Of a stretch of DNA of 64,000 nucleotides, positions 40,701 to 54,600 are shown in pieces. Position 1 is the stretch's first letter; every line of letters starts with the position of its first letter. The notes under the pieces are model-generated. The model saw nothing but the letters and a program-made list of their open reading frames with translations, ran no database searches and had not been told where the DNA came from. Source of the stretch: a virus; the IMG/VR virus record IMGVR_UViG_3300045988_110853, positions 68,077 to 132,076 of that record. One strand, given 5' to 3'. The translations under genes and the position numbers were made by a program.

Positions 40701-41190
40701 AGGAAATATTACAACAAATAATATTACTGTAAATAGTGGAACATTTAAAGATGATATTATTATTAATTATAATGGTGTAGCTGGGTCTACTTGGACCTAT
40801 GGCAATTAGAGTTTAAATTATATATTGAATAAGATTGGAAGTACGGCAGCTGAAGCTAGTAAAGCTGCTAAGGAAGCTAAAGATCTTACTGAAGCATCTG
40901 TAGGATGGATTGACAGAATAGATCAAGCTTAGGGTAGAGCTGATGAAGCTATTAGTGGACTATCATATGTTGGTGAAGTTCTTAATTATAAAAGAGAAAC
41001 TGGAAATGTCTATTTGCATTATTGGGGGCAAACGGGCTACGGATAGCCTCGAGTATATTTAGACGGCACTATCGCGGGTTTATCCGCTGGAAGAAGTGCT
41101 TTAAATGTGTCTGATACATCTGTTTATTTACAGGGAGAAGTAAAAATAATTGGTTCATTAACAGTTAATGGAAAAGAAATTACTGGTTAA
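37741..41190 (+). CDS. distal-tail-like protein with a long C-terminal fibre-like extension (about 1149 aa; about 35 TAG)
   Basis: A TTG start follows AAAGGAGGG. Track ORFs 37741, 38215, 39268 and 39787 share frame 1. It ends in TAA. The C-terminus has a beta-rich fibre-like sequence with a coiled segment. Confidence 0.55.
38196..38275 (+). other. GC-rich island of 80 nt (about 60% GC) inside an otherwise about 30% GC gene
   Basis: The sequence is CAAGGATTTACGCGGTTGGGCCTGCGCGCTGATTTTCGCGCCTGGCTTGAAACGCTCGGCGTAGTCAGTGG. It contains a GCGCG..CGCGC hairpin. It resembles the GC-rich hairpins of the early-region cassettes. Confidence 0.5.
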
Positions 41191-41207
41191 AAAGGAGAAA
41201 AAGGAAA

Positions 41208-41384
41208 ATGAATGAAAGAGATATTAATTTCTTAAAGGTTTTATATAATACTCTTTCTTTGGTAACAACCAAAGGAGAAGACACTATTCTTATGGGAGAG
41301 TGCTTAAAACAATTAAGAGATTTTACGAATAGATTGGTAGATCTTCAAGAGGAGAAGAATAACGAAAATAATTAGGAGGGATAA
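41208..41384 (+). CDS. small protein (58 aa; 1 TAG that lies inside the next gene's Shine-Dalgarno)
   Basis: An AAAAGGAGAAAAAGG ribosome-binding site precedes it. It ends in TAA just before the next ATG. Confidence 0.4.
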
Positions 41385-41385
41385 A

Positions 41386-44274
41386 ATGGTTAATAAATTA
41401 TATCCACCTATTATACCTGGAACTTTACCAGCATTTGTTGGTTAGGAAATTACCATTCCATTTCAAATGAATCGTGCGGTTAGTATGGTAGAGGTTTCAG
41501 GATTGTGTTATATAATTAAAACAGTATCAAGCAATGTTGTAATTGCTTAGGGAACAACCGCGGATTTTAGTCCAAGCAAAGTCCGCGGTTGCTTGGAACA
41601 AGGTTTTATTACTTTCAATATAAATCTTAAATCAATTACTAATAATGGAAAACCCATTCAATATAAATTGAATCCAGGTTAGTCTTATAAAATTCAATTA
41701 GCATATATTAATACTAGTGGAGTGGTTGGATATTATTCTACAGTTGGTATTGCTAAATGTACAACTAAACCAGCAGTTTATATAAAAGGTTTTGAAGATA
41801 ATTTAGTAGGAATAAACAAAACAGATTTTATTGGAGTATATAGTCAAAAAGAAAAAAATGATGATATTACTGAAAAAGTTTATTCATATAGATTTAAAGT
41901 ATATGATGAAAATGGTAATATTTTTGCTGATAGCGGGGAGCAATTACATAACTCAATTAATGATACAGAATTAAATGAAAGCTATGATAGTTTTGAATTA
42001 AATAAAGAATTACAAAAAAATAAAAATTATTTTATTCAATATTCTATAACCACTATTAATAACTATGAAGCAGAAAGTATTCGTTATCAAATTATTAATA
42101 GAGAAACTATTAATCCAGAATTACAAGCAACTCTTTCTGCGATTATGGATGAAAATAATGGATATGTAAAAATTAATTTAAATGGAATCCGTGATAAAAA
42201 GACAGGATTAGAGATTCCCGCGACAGGAGCTTTTGCTTTATTAAGAGCCAGTAGTGAAGATGATTTTAATACTTGGAACACGGTATTAAAATTTAAATTA
42301 GTTGGCGAAACTCCATCAAGAGAATTATATAGAGATTTTACTGTCGAGCATGGATTTAGTTATCAATACGCAGTTCAGCAATATAGTGATGAAACCGCGG
42401 TCCGCAGTAATAAAATCTTTTCTAATACTGTATATAGTATTTTTGAAGATAGTTTCTTATACAGTAATGGATAGTTATTAAAAATAAGATTTAATCCAAA
42501 AGTAAGTAGTTTTAAAATTAATACTCTTGAAAGTAAAACTGATACTATTGGAAGTCAATATCCTTATATTTTTAGGAATGGGAATACTTATTATCACGAA
42601 TTCCCGGTAAGTGGTTTAATTTCTTATCTTATGGATGAAGACCACTTATTTATGGATAAATTAGGTGATGATGAAATTAAGGATTTTACATCAACTGATT
42701 TAACTGATTATAATATCAATATAGAACGTCAATTTAAAACTAAAGCTTTAGAATTTTTGACTGATGGAGAACCTAAGTTATTTAAGTCTCCAACCGAAGG
42801 AAACTTTATTGTGCGTTTATTAAATGTAAGTTTGAGTCCAGAAGATAAATTAGGTCGTATGCTTCATACATTTAGCGGAACCGCTTATGAAATTGATAAA
42901 GTTAGCTTTGATAATCTTACTACTTATGGATTTATTGATGCAGACCCACCCGAAAGCGAAATTCTTAAATGGGATAGCATTTCTTTTGATGGATGGTATA
43001 AAATTAATGGGTATATTGATGATGTAAATACCTATATTGATAATTTAAAAGATGAAAATTTAACTTAGGCAGAAATTAATAAATTACAAGCAAATAAACA
43101 AACTTGTTTAGATAATTTATTACAAACATTAAGTTTTTATCCTATGTTTGAATTGCTTTATGACGGAAATCATTATAGTTTATAGACCAAAGATATTTTA
43201 GCTAATTCTCCTGCGATAACGATTCGATTTGAAGGCTTTGCTCCTGGAGATAAATTCAGTATTGATGGAGAAGAAATCGTTATTGGTATTACGGGTGCTT
43301 ACTTAATAGATCATGTTGCTCCAATTTATAGCGTTAAAGTAATTGAATTATCTGATGCGGGTTTACAACAAGGAACTATTGTGTATTCTTATTATGGTAA
43401 ACAAGCAAGTAAGTTTGATACTATTAATGACATTCAAGTAGCGGATTTGCCTTTAGAACAATACTATGGAACTGAAGGCAATATTTTAAATCTTTATAAT
43501 GATGATTTTAAATACAAAGTAACATAGATTTATTTCTTGCGTTTTACTAAACGTGATGTATAGAAATTATATACAAGTAATAAAGTTAATTTTTATACTA
43601 CTCCCGGCGGAGCAATTAGCGAAGAAGGAGAAAAAGATCATTCTGTAGAAATTAAACGTGCGGATTTTGATCCTACTTTAATTTATCATATTTATTTGGT
43701 AAGTCAAACTAAAGAACAAGATTACTATATTGATGGATATACTAAGAAAGAAATTTATGATTCTGGTGTATTAGTTAGTGAAAAGAATTGGGCTTGTAAT
43801 ATTAGAATAAATGAAGATGATAAACAAATTATTGGTATTGATTAGAAGAATGAATATTAGATTAAAGACTTAAGTGATATTACTTCTATTGAAATCGATC
43901 CAGGTGTTTTATGCGAATTATCAGTCCAACGTCAAGAAGTAGTTTATTCTTTTGAAAATGATAATCAAACTACTTATAGAATTTTTAATGGTTAGAATTA
44001 TATTACAACCACAATTTATCAATTAAAGCAAAATTGGTTAAGAGCTAAGAAGGCCTTAAAAGATTTTAAAGAATTAGAACAAGATAAAAGTAATCCTGAT
44101 TTCACTAAAGATGATCCATTCTATAATGTAAATTAGAATAATATTTAGACTTGTGTAAAAAATTATAATAATAAAGTAGCAGAATTACAAAAGACAGTTG
44201 ATGAAACATATACTTTATTTATTGATACTTTAAGAAAGGCGGCAGAGGATTATGAAGACTCAAAGACAATATGA
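41386..44274 (+). CDS. tail-tip or baseplate structural protein (962 aa; about 17 TAG)
   Basis: A TAGGAGGGATAAA ribosome-binding site precedes it. Track ORFs 41722 and 42631 share one frame. It ends in TGA. The call rests on position after the Dit-like gene. Confidence 0.55.
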
Positions 44275-46558
44275 TACCGACTTTCTTAAAAAATTAGATG
44301 AATTCAAACATAAAGTAGTTTATGCTCGTATTGAACTATTAACATTTGATGAATTGCCAATAGAGAGCATAGAGGGCAAGATAACCGGCGGATCGATTAA
44401 TATTGATGGGACATCTGCGGTCCGTCGGTCTTGTTCCCTTACTATGATGACTAATGAGAAATTATATAGACAATATTCTTGGGGTTTAAATTCTAAATTT
44501 AGTTTGGCTATTGGATTGGAAAATAAGATTGATAGTAAATATCCAGATATTATTTGGTTTAATCAAGGTATTTATTTAATTACTTCTTTTAATACTTCTC
44601 AAAGTGCTAGCTCATATAGTATATCTATTCAAGGTAAAGATAAAATGTGCTTACTGAATGGAGATTTGGGGGGAGATTTACCTGCTTCTATAGATTTTGG
44701 GTAGGAAGAAGTAATTACCTATACTTATAATAAACAAGATAATATAACCAAAGATAACTACATAAAAGGTAAATATTGCTATATTGTCAATAGTGAGGAA
44801 GAAGCTAAGAAACATAATGTTTATTATATTTCTACTTAGAATAAACAAACTACTTATTATGTTTTAGATGAAGAAGAATTTAGTAATAGAGAATATTATT
44901 TAAGAGAAAGTTATTTAAATTTAATTCAAATTCCTATTTAGACTATTATTAAAAAACTTCTTACAGTTTATGGCAAAGAAAAAGAAAGTAATATAGTTAT
45001 TAATGATTTAGATCAATATGGTTATGAATTATTGGCTAATAAATGTGATGAAACTATGTATTTCTTTAAAGACACGCAAACTAATAGAATAATTAATGCT
45101 TCAATAGGGACATTACCAGATTTATTAGATGTAAATAATGTAAAAATAACTGATACAAGCAATATTAAATTTGATAATTTAGATAGTAATAAACTATTGG
45201 ATGATGCTCCTGAGCCAACTAAAGTAAGATTAGTAAACAATGGGACTATTTATACTATTGTAAGTCGAACAACTAATGAAACAGTTGGTTATCGTATTTG
45301 TGATTTGGTTTACGCTGGAGATCTTATCACCAGTGTTGGTGAAAATGTGGCTAGCGTGTTAGACAAAATTAAAAATATGTTAAGTTGTTTTGAATATTAT
45401 TATGATATAGATGGTAGATTTATTTTCCAAAGAAAGAAATTTTATGAATATTAGTCTTGGACTAGTATAGTAAATAATTCTAACGGAGATAGTTATATTG
45501 AGCCTGCGGTTTATTCTTCATCTTCAATTTATTCGTTTAGAGACGGATAGACAATTATTTCTTTTAATAATACTCCACAAATTGCCAATTTAAGAAATGA
45601 TTTTTCTATTTGGGGATAGAGAGAAAGTGCGAGTGGGGCCGAAATTCCTATTCATCTAAGATACGCGATAGACCAAAAACCTATTTAGTATACTACGATT
45701 ATTGTAAATGATAATGATATAAATAGATATAAATCTACGATGTATAATAATAATATTTTTGATACTATGAATCCGCAATTAGAACAAAAAACTTATAAAA
45801 ATAAATGGTATTAGAGTGAAAATGAACCGGGGGTTATTTATTGCGACTGGCGTGAAGTTTTATATCGTATGGCCGTAGATTATTATCAATATAATTACGC
45901 AGATGATTTTGCCAGTAAAGTTGCGGCCGCGAATCCTAACCTTTATCCTTCTGGAATAACCGGTTATGAGACTTATTATGTAGATTTATTCTCCTTTTGG
46001 AGAGACATTTATGATTATGATAAGTTAGATTTCAAGGAAGAAGTAAAAAATAATCCTGAGAATTTAAATTTCTGGTTTGATTTTATTGGGGAAGAAAATG
46101 CGGATATTGCTAAATATTCAGTCCAATTAATTGGAGATAGAACAAAAGCAATTAATGATACTAATGTAAAAGTTATATGTTATAGAGATACACCCGATGT
46201 ATTATTTATGACATAGACTGATTATGATTCTATTATTTAGAATAACTATCCAACAGAAAGTGGATATATTTGGATTAATATTCCTTCTGGATATGATAAT
46301 TATTTTAAAATTAGTTCTAAGAGTAAAAGTGCGGTTGATGAGATTGAGGATTTGCTTTATACGACCGCTTACTGCGCGGAGAGCGTTTCAATTTCTACTA
46401 TTCCAGTTTATTATTTAGAGCCTAATAATAGAATTTATATTGAAGATAAAAGAAGTGGCGTTGAAGGAGAATATTTAGTTAATAAAATAACTATTCCATT
46501 AACTTATAATGGTTCAATGTCTATTAGTGCCACCAAAGCGATATCAAGAGTATATTAA
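44252..46558 (+). CDS. baseplate or minor structural protein (768 aa; about 14 TAG)
   Basis: Track ORFs 44252, 45032, 45869 and 46352 share frame 2. It ends in TAA. Confidence 0.55.
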
Positions 46559-46571
46559 GGAGGACCACTAA

Positions 46572-46916
46572 ATGGCAAGAAAGATAAGACAAATTCGTTA
46601 TTATGGTGAAGGTCTTAATTCTAAGAACTATCCAAGTGATGTTAATATGAGTAAATTAATTACAGGAACCGCATTTAAAAATAATAATCAAAATGTATTA
46701 ATTACTCAATTAGGTATTTAGACTTTGCCAGGAACGAAATTTTATTTAAATGATAGCACTAATGCTATTATTGTTGGAAATACTGGTATTTATGAATTAG
46801 ACTTAGAAGGTATTTCTACTATTAATTTGATTAAATTTGATAGAAGCTCTATGAATTTGATTAATCAAAATCAAGAAGCATATCTTATTATAGATTATTT
46901 ATTTGAGGAGGGTTGA
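46572..46916 (+). CDS. small structural protein (114 aa; 1 TAG)
   Basis: A TAAGGAGG ribosome-binding site precedes it. It ends in TGA. Confidence 0.5.
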
Positions 46917-46918
46917 TA

Positions 46919-49189
46919 ATGGGTTTTTATGGTAATATAACTAATACTTCAAAAACAACCTTTACTTTTGATAAAATTTACAGTAATAGACTTCAAATGG
47001 ATAATAGTTGTACGAGTGATGGTATATTTTTAGGACGCTATGTTTTAGTTGAATATGGTCTTCCTGCCACTCAATATTTAGTAGGATATCTTGATAATAA
47101 AATTATGTATGATGATCCTTCTGATAGAAGTGATTCTCATATTATTTTATGTGAAAATGGAAAATTAGTAAAAGTTAAAAGAAGTAATCAATGGTACTTA
47201 TATGTAGGAAATGTAACCGCGAGTGGGACTAAAGAGTGGAAATATCTTACTAGAATTACTAATGACAGAGTTGATGATGAATAGTATAATTTAAATTATC
47301 AAATAGATTATCCTGTTTATGGCCGTGGCTATGACTCTACCGTTTGGATAAAACAATATATCAATAATCAAGAGACTTATGTTTAGATTGCTGAATTAAA
47401 TACTGTTGTTCCTAATTTCTCAATTTATCCACTACTTCCTCAAGATCCCTATGTCGCAGTTGATGATAATAGTATCGTATATTAGCCAGGTAAATATTAT
47501 TATTATGATGAAACTGATAGTCATTATAAATTAGATAATAATGATATTAAAACTGAGGGGCGCGTTTATTATTTAGAAAGTGAACTTGGACCTGCGATAA
47601 CCACAGATCAAAGTAGCACAAATTTACTTTATAAATTAAGAGTTCCTACTAATTTCCAACTTGATTTAGACGATAATAATATTTATTATAATAAAGAAGG
47701 ATTTAGTAAGACAAAGCATTTTCGTGATGATAAAACAGAAAATACTATTAATTATAAATTAAGTTAGTCAGGATATAGATTTTATTATAATGTAGAATAG
47801 GATAATGTTGTTGGTGAGCCGATCGAAGATGGCTACGACCGCAAATCTCTTGTTGTAAAGCTTCCTGCTCTTGGTAATGCGGTATGTGATACCTATGATT
47901 TACTTTACGGCCAAAACCGCAATGATTCTGCCACTAATTTTGATAGAACTAACATCAAGGGTGCTTTAAATACTCTTAATAGAAAAATGAGTTTAGATAA
48001 GTTAGATACTAATAAGCTTATTTATTTTTCCACTGAAACAGATAGCGATATTGATGATAATTATATGAAATCTGCGACTATTGAAGGAGATAATTTAATT
48101 TCCGTAGATGCTGACATTGAGAAGAATAGTGGAGTTATTAAAGTTACTCATAATAATTTAGATGTGAATAAAGCATCAAAAACTTATGGCAAAGACGTGG
48201 ATTTTGGTACTTTTGGCTCTTCTATAAAATTACCTAAATTATCTACTGATAGAGCAGGTCATATTGTAAAAGAAGAAACATTTTCAGTTAGTATTCCAAA
48301 AGGTTCTTATACTAATACTAAAGAAGGTAATGTTTTTACTTCTTTAAGTTTCATTGATACTACTGGAGCTTTAAGTAGCGAGAAATCTTATTTAGGAACT
48401 TTAGCATTAGGTGAAGGGTATACTATTAATAATAAATTAAATACTATTACTAAGGATACAACTCTTAATGATAGTATTAATAAATTAATTAATAATAGCG
48501 ACAGTAAATATAATACTTTATTGGGTCAACCTAATAATAGTTTTGGTAAAGATACTATCCCGACTCTTTATGGATTAAGATAGGGGATTAATGCTGATAG
48601 GGATAGTATTGGCAATTTAAGTGATAAGATTGATGTATTGAACGGAACTGTATCTACAACCAATTCAGTTGCTTATAACATTAAGTAGGCTATTGATAAA
48701 TTAGATAAAACTGATAATAAAGTAGATAAACAATTTGTTACGGCGGTAGAAGAAAAAGATGGTTTAATAACTGTTTCAAGAAGCGCTTTACAAGAAAATG
48801 ATTTACCTATTACTTTTGATGGAACTTATAGTAGTAGTAATAAAGTTGCTACTATGAGTAGTTTAAATACTTTAAAAACTAACCTTTTAGGTGGTTATAC
48901 TGGTACATTAGCTGATATAAATACTTTAGCAAGTGGCAAATTAAATGAAAGCGCGGTGCGCGGTCTTACATATAATGCGACTTCTGGAGATAATGGAGCT
49001 AAAACAGTAGCAGGAATGTTTGATTTAATTGTAGTTTTACAAAATAAAAATGCGGAATTGAGTAAAACTATTAAAGCATTATAGGATAAAGATATAGAAT
49101 TAAATGATTTAATTACTGGGTTAAGAACTGATGTTGATGCTTTAAAGAATAATTCAAACAATACTAACACTCCGTCTGAAACAACTTAA
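46919..49189 (+). CDS. tail fibre protein (756 aa; about 13 TAG)
   Basis: A GAGGAGGG ribosome-binding site lies 6 nt upstream. Track ORFs 46913, 47987 and 48854 share one frame. It ends in TAA. A terminator lies at 49204-49236. Confidence 0.55.
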
Positions 49190-49203
49190 TTTAAATAAAG
49201 GGT

Positions 49204-49236
49204 TTGGTCTTAATAGGCCAAACCCTTTTAGTATTG
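49204..49236 (+). terminator. hairpin GGGTTTGGTCTTAATAGGCCAAACCC plus TTTT
   Basis: Read directly. Confidence 0.65.
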
Positions 49237-49277
49237 ATTAAAAAGATTTTATAAATAATAGAAAGGAGTCGATTATC

Positions 49278-49859
49278 TTGCCTAATACATTAAATAAATA
49301 TGTAAAATTTGTCAGAGGTTCTAAAACTGCTTTTGAAAGTTTAGGAACAAAAAGAGACAATGATACTTTATATTTTATTTATGAGGAAAATGATTCTTCT
49401 GGAGAACTTTATTTAGGTAGTCGTCTAATTTGCGGTGGAATTAGTTCCGCGGGTAAGTTAAGCGATTTGAGTGATATTGTTCTCAATGAAGTTAAAACAA
49501 ATCAAGTTTTAATTTATGATGAAGAACAGAAAAAATGGGTTAATTAGGGTTTAGAAAATAATGAAACTTTAATTAATTCTATTGTTGAAAAATTATCTAC
49601 GGAAGAAAATTTAGCTAAGTTAGCTCCTGTTTTTAAGGGTATAGTTCCAGGCTTAGTCCCAGTTTCTTTACACGAAACTAAAGGGAAACATATTCTTACT
49701 GATGCTGGTACATGGATCGATATGCCAGTAGGAACATTAACTTAGGGAGATATGGAAACAATCAATATAGCTAATAAATATTTAGTAGATAAAGGTCCTG
49801 ATAATTTGGTAACTCGTGTTGAAGCAGTCGAACAAACTGTTTCTTGGGCTGATATTTAA
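49278..49859 (+). CDS. fibre-associated protein (193 aa; 2 TAG)
   Basis: A TTG start lies 9 nt after AAAGGAG. It ends in TAA. Confidence 0.45.
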
Positions 49860-49873
49860 AGGAGTGAAAAAGA

Positions 49874-51520
49874 TTGAACGTTAAGTTTTTAAAAGGCTCT
49901 CAAGCCGAATTTGAAAATGTGGCAGGTAGATATAAACCTGGTGCGTTTTATTTAGTAATTAATGATAATAAGTCTGCGGATGATTATAAAAAACCAAGTC
50001 GTCTTTATTATGGTGTAGATGAAAATAATTGCGTTCCTGTAAATTAGGGCATTAATGTAGTTGATACTACAGCAGGTTTACCTCAAAGTTTTAACCAAAA
50101 TACAGCAGGCGAATTTTATTATGTAAAAGATAAAAATATTTTATGTATTAATAATGGTAAAGGCTGGATTCAAACAAATACTGATACTGTTTTGGATACT
50201 GATAAAAAGAATAGTAATGTGTCAGTAAATATTAGTCCCAATAATGCCAATGGAGCTTCTATAACTAATACTATTGCTGATAGTAGTGGTAACGTTATTA
50301 CTGAGACTTATGATATTATTGGTAGTGATTATATTCAAGTTGAAGTAATTCCTGCAACTAATGATAAAGGTGTAGACACTATTAAACTTAGTTTAACAGG
50401 AGTTAATTATCAATTAAGCTCTTCTTTAAGTAAAAAAACTTTAAATGTTAATTTAAAAAATGCCGATACTGATGCTGGTAATTTTAATATTATCGCCGGT
50501 AGTAATGTTAATATTGCCGAAAGCTCTGCGGGCAATTATACTTTAAGTGTCGATAAAGCAGTTAATGATATTAACGTAATTAATCATGCTACTGGTACTG
50601 GTTTTACTGCTTCTATTAGTGGTCCTGGTGTCGAAGGAGCTGGTAATAGTACAACTTTATCTGCTGATATTGATCCAGAAATTGCTTTAGAAGGCAAGGA
50701 TGGCAGTTATAAATTTAAAGATGGTGTTTTAACTCTTCCTGTTTATAGTAAACAAGATATTGATAATCAGCTTAGAACTATTAACGCTATGATATTCCGT
50801 GGCGGATTCCAGGTTAAAGATGGAGCCATTATTTATGATAGCGCTGATATTACTGAAATTGCTGAAGGGAATACCTTTATTTATACTGGCGCTGAAGACA
50901 CTCTTTGGAACGGTCATTACTTACGTCCTGGAGATTTAATTATCGCTTCTGGCAAAGAAGTTGATGGTGTTATTACTGGTACTATTACTTGGACTTATGT
51001 TCCTTCTGCTGATGATCCTGTTACTGAGGTCGAAGGAGCTGATGATAATAGTAATGCTGGATTTATTATTAAGCTTGGTCCTACTAAAGAACTTTTAAAT
51101 TATGTTCTTAAAGGTGAAGAAGGTATTGAGTTAGAAGTAAAAGCTCAAACTGGTTCAGTAGTGAAAGAAATTACTATTAAACATAGTAATACTTTAACTG
51201 TAAATACTCCAGTCCTTCAAGATTATGCCGATGAGTAGACTATTGTTATTAATGAACCAACTGAAATTGATGCTCAAGGCCATGTAATTAAATCTACTAA
51301 AAAAACATTTACTGTAAAGAATACTCACCAAGAAATTGCCAACGCAGATTATACAGTAAATGGTACTGATACTTTAATTCCTAATCTTAAAGTTGCTGGT
51401 GCTGATCTTGAAGGTAAACCACTTGTTTTCGCCAGTGATAGCTTAAAGGTTAATGTTTCAGCGGCGACCGCAGCTGATGATGCTAAAGTTAGTTTTGAGT
51501 TAGAGTGGGGAACATTCTAA
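49874..51520 (+). CDS. tail fibre or receptor-binding protein (548 aa; 2 TAG)
   Basis: A TTG start follows AAAGGAG. The track ORF 50192..51238 shares the frame. It ends in TAA. A terminator lies at 51566-51615. Confidence 0.5.
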
Positions 51521-51565
51521 GGGCAATACTATTTAATAATAAATATAATTTTTTCTATTTTATAT

Positions 51566-51615
51566 AGAAGAATGTTTTTTATGGGGAAAGATGAAATATT
51601 CTTTCCCCATATTTT
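51566..51615 (+). terminator. hairpin ATGGGGAAAGA..TCTTTCCCCAT plus a T-run
   Basis: Read directly. Confidence 0.65.
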
Positions 51616-51639
51616 TTTTAGGATAGAAAGGAGTAAATT

Positions 51640-54600
51640 ATGTCTAAGATACATTTTCGTCCTGTATAGGGTCCAGAAGAAAAGATAAAAGCATATCCAC
51701 AAACTGATGGATATTTTTATGTGGCGACAGATACCGGACGAGTTTATTTAGATACAGCGACTGAAAATAAAATACCAATAGGCTCAAGTGGCGTTTAGGT
51801 AATTTATGGAACTGAAAAAGAAGTCGGGATTGATTATGATGCGGATGAGAACCCAATCGGATATTCAATTCGTTTATCTAATTTATCAAGTTCTAATCCT
51901 CATATAAATGATTTAATTTTAAATAGCGATGGAGCATTTTATCGTATTAAAGGATTTAAATTAAATGATGATAAAGAAGAAGTCGCAAGTTGTGAAAAAC
52001 TATTAGCGGGCGGTGGAAGCCAAGATCAAGAAGTTAAAGTAAATGGTACTGTGTCTTTAACTTTAGACGGACCTACTGATGTGCTTAATGGCGAATCAGT
52101 AAGTGTAACCGCTCTTGTAAAATGTAGAACAATAAATGGAGAACCAGTTCTTGATTCTGTCGAAGGTACTTTAACTATTAGATAGAAAAAGAGCGATGGT
52201 TCTTGGGAAGATATTTATAGTGAAGCAAAAACCTATCAACATAATAAGCCAATTACTACTGATATTTCTGCTTATTTAAGAAATTCTTCTACACATGAAA
52301 TTGAGTTTATCGTTAGTAAAAATAGTGATCCTACTAATAACCATTTTTCTACTACTAAAAAGACTCAATTTGTAACAACTCATGAATTAACTCTTCAATG
52401 GCAAGAAAGTAAATTTAATAATAATTTGCCTTTTGATAATAGCCAAATTAATGTTTCTTGGCTAATGTCTAATAAAGTAAATAGTGCTATCGAAATTTAT
52501 TTTGATAATTATTTAATTTTAAATAGAGAATATAGTAGCACTAGTACTAGAGATGAAGATAGTTTTGCTATAACAAAAAATACTGTTATTATAGATACTA
52601 ATAATGATTCTACAATAACATTAGCAAATTATTTTCTTCATGGAGAACATACTATTAAAGCTAAACTTTATTTAGTTAATGGTGGCGAGAAAGGAAATGG
52701 AACTGATTTCATTGAAAAAGAAATTGTTATTTTAGATAGAAGCAGTAAAACTCCTTTAATTTGGACTGGTGATTTTAAAACAGAATATTATACCTATGAA
52801 ACTATTAGGATTCCTTTTAGAGTATATGACCCTAATGTAACGATTGCTAAAGTTAATTTGTATAAAAATGGTGTTTTATTAAGTACTCGTGAAGTTACTA
52901 ATTAGAATGAATGGCAATATTGGGAAATTACTAATCTTTCTGTTAATGATAGTTCTTATTATACAATTAAAGTAGGAACTGAACCATATGATTATTCTCG
53001 TAATTTTACTTTTATTATTAAAATTGATCCATTAAGAAATATGGAATTAGCTAGAAATAATGAAACAGATTTAAAAGTTAATTTTGTTGCTACTGGACGT
53101 TCTAATTCTGAAAGTAAACTAAGTCGTGAAACATTAGAAATTAAAGGAAAATATGCAGAATTTAAAAATTTTAATTGGTATAATAATGGTTGGATTTTTG
53201 ATGATAATAATACTACTTGTTTAAGGGTTAGTAATGGTGCTGAAGTCTCCATTCCTATTGGACAATTATCTTTTGATAATAGTTCTTCTACTCCTACACA
53301 TAGTATTGAAATTCAATTTAAAATTAGAAATCCACAAAATTATTCTAAGGTAATTACTAAATATACTCGTTATAAATCGAGCGATGAATCAGAGATTAAA
53401 AATTGGGTTGATGATGATGCCTGGAATGAATTTTAGAAACAAACTATTTATGTTAATTATGATGAATTTTTAACTAAAAAATATTTATTAGAGCATCCTG
53501 AAGCTCCAAGGTATGATGATTTAACTTATAATGGTTTATCACAAGTATTTAATTTAAATAATCTTGTTTGCGCTTATGGATCTCTAACAGAACCTTTAGG
53601 CATTTATTTTAGTCCACAAGATGCTACATTTACAGCAAATGGAGCTGATGAAACTGTGTCTGTGGATTTTGTTGAAGATGAAATGTTATATTTATCATTT
53701 GTTTATACGAATGCTAAAAGTGGACAAATAGGTGGAGATTCTAAATTATTAGAAATTTTCTTAAATGGAGTTTTAACTAGTGTCGCTCGTCGTGCTTCTG
53801 ATGCTTCTTCATGGACTATAAACTCTGATTCAATTAAATTTATGTCTAATGCTTGTGATATTGATATTTATAGTATTAGAGTCTATGATGTTAGTTTAAC
53901 TATTCCTGATGTGGTGTAGAATTATGCTTTTGATAAGAAAGATATTAACCAATGGGATTAGAAAGACTTATACGAATATAATACTGATTTAAATGATTAT
54001 TTGTTCTCTTACCGTAAAATGCTTGATTATAACATAGATCACAACGACAAACCTTTAATGCCTTATATTATTTTAAAAACAACTTAGAATAATAGTGAAA
54101 ATACAAATAATAGATTGCCTTATAGTAAAAGCGTAGAACCCCAAAAAGGAACTATGGAATTTGTAAATGTTCCATTAGATACTGCTTATGCAAAAGGCGA
54201 GCTTGATAAAATAGTTGAAAAAGAAGGATGGAAGCCTGTTATAGATAGTGATACCAATGAAATAAAATATACTGCGGTATAGAATTATTATTTACATCAT
54301 TGTCCTAGTTTTATAACTCTTTTTGATAAAGCAACTTTTTAGGTTCAGGGCACTTCTTCTCGAAATTATCCAAGACGTAATTATAAAGCTAAATGTAAAG
54401 AAGCTATGTTTATGAATAGAGGACCTTTTGAATCTATTTATAAAGAGGAAGAAGCCAATGATAATTTAAATACAAAAAGTAAAAGTTATCTTGAATTTTT
54501 CTATATGGACAATAATACTGTTGGTACTACTAAATTTACTTTAAAGATTGATTTTATGGAATCTTCTGGAGATTATAATAGAGGATTTGCTAATTTAGTT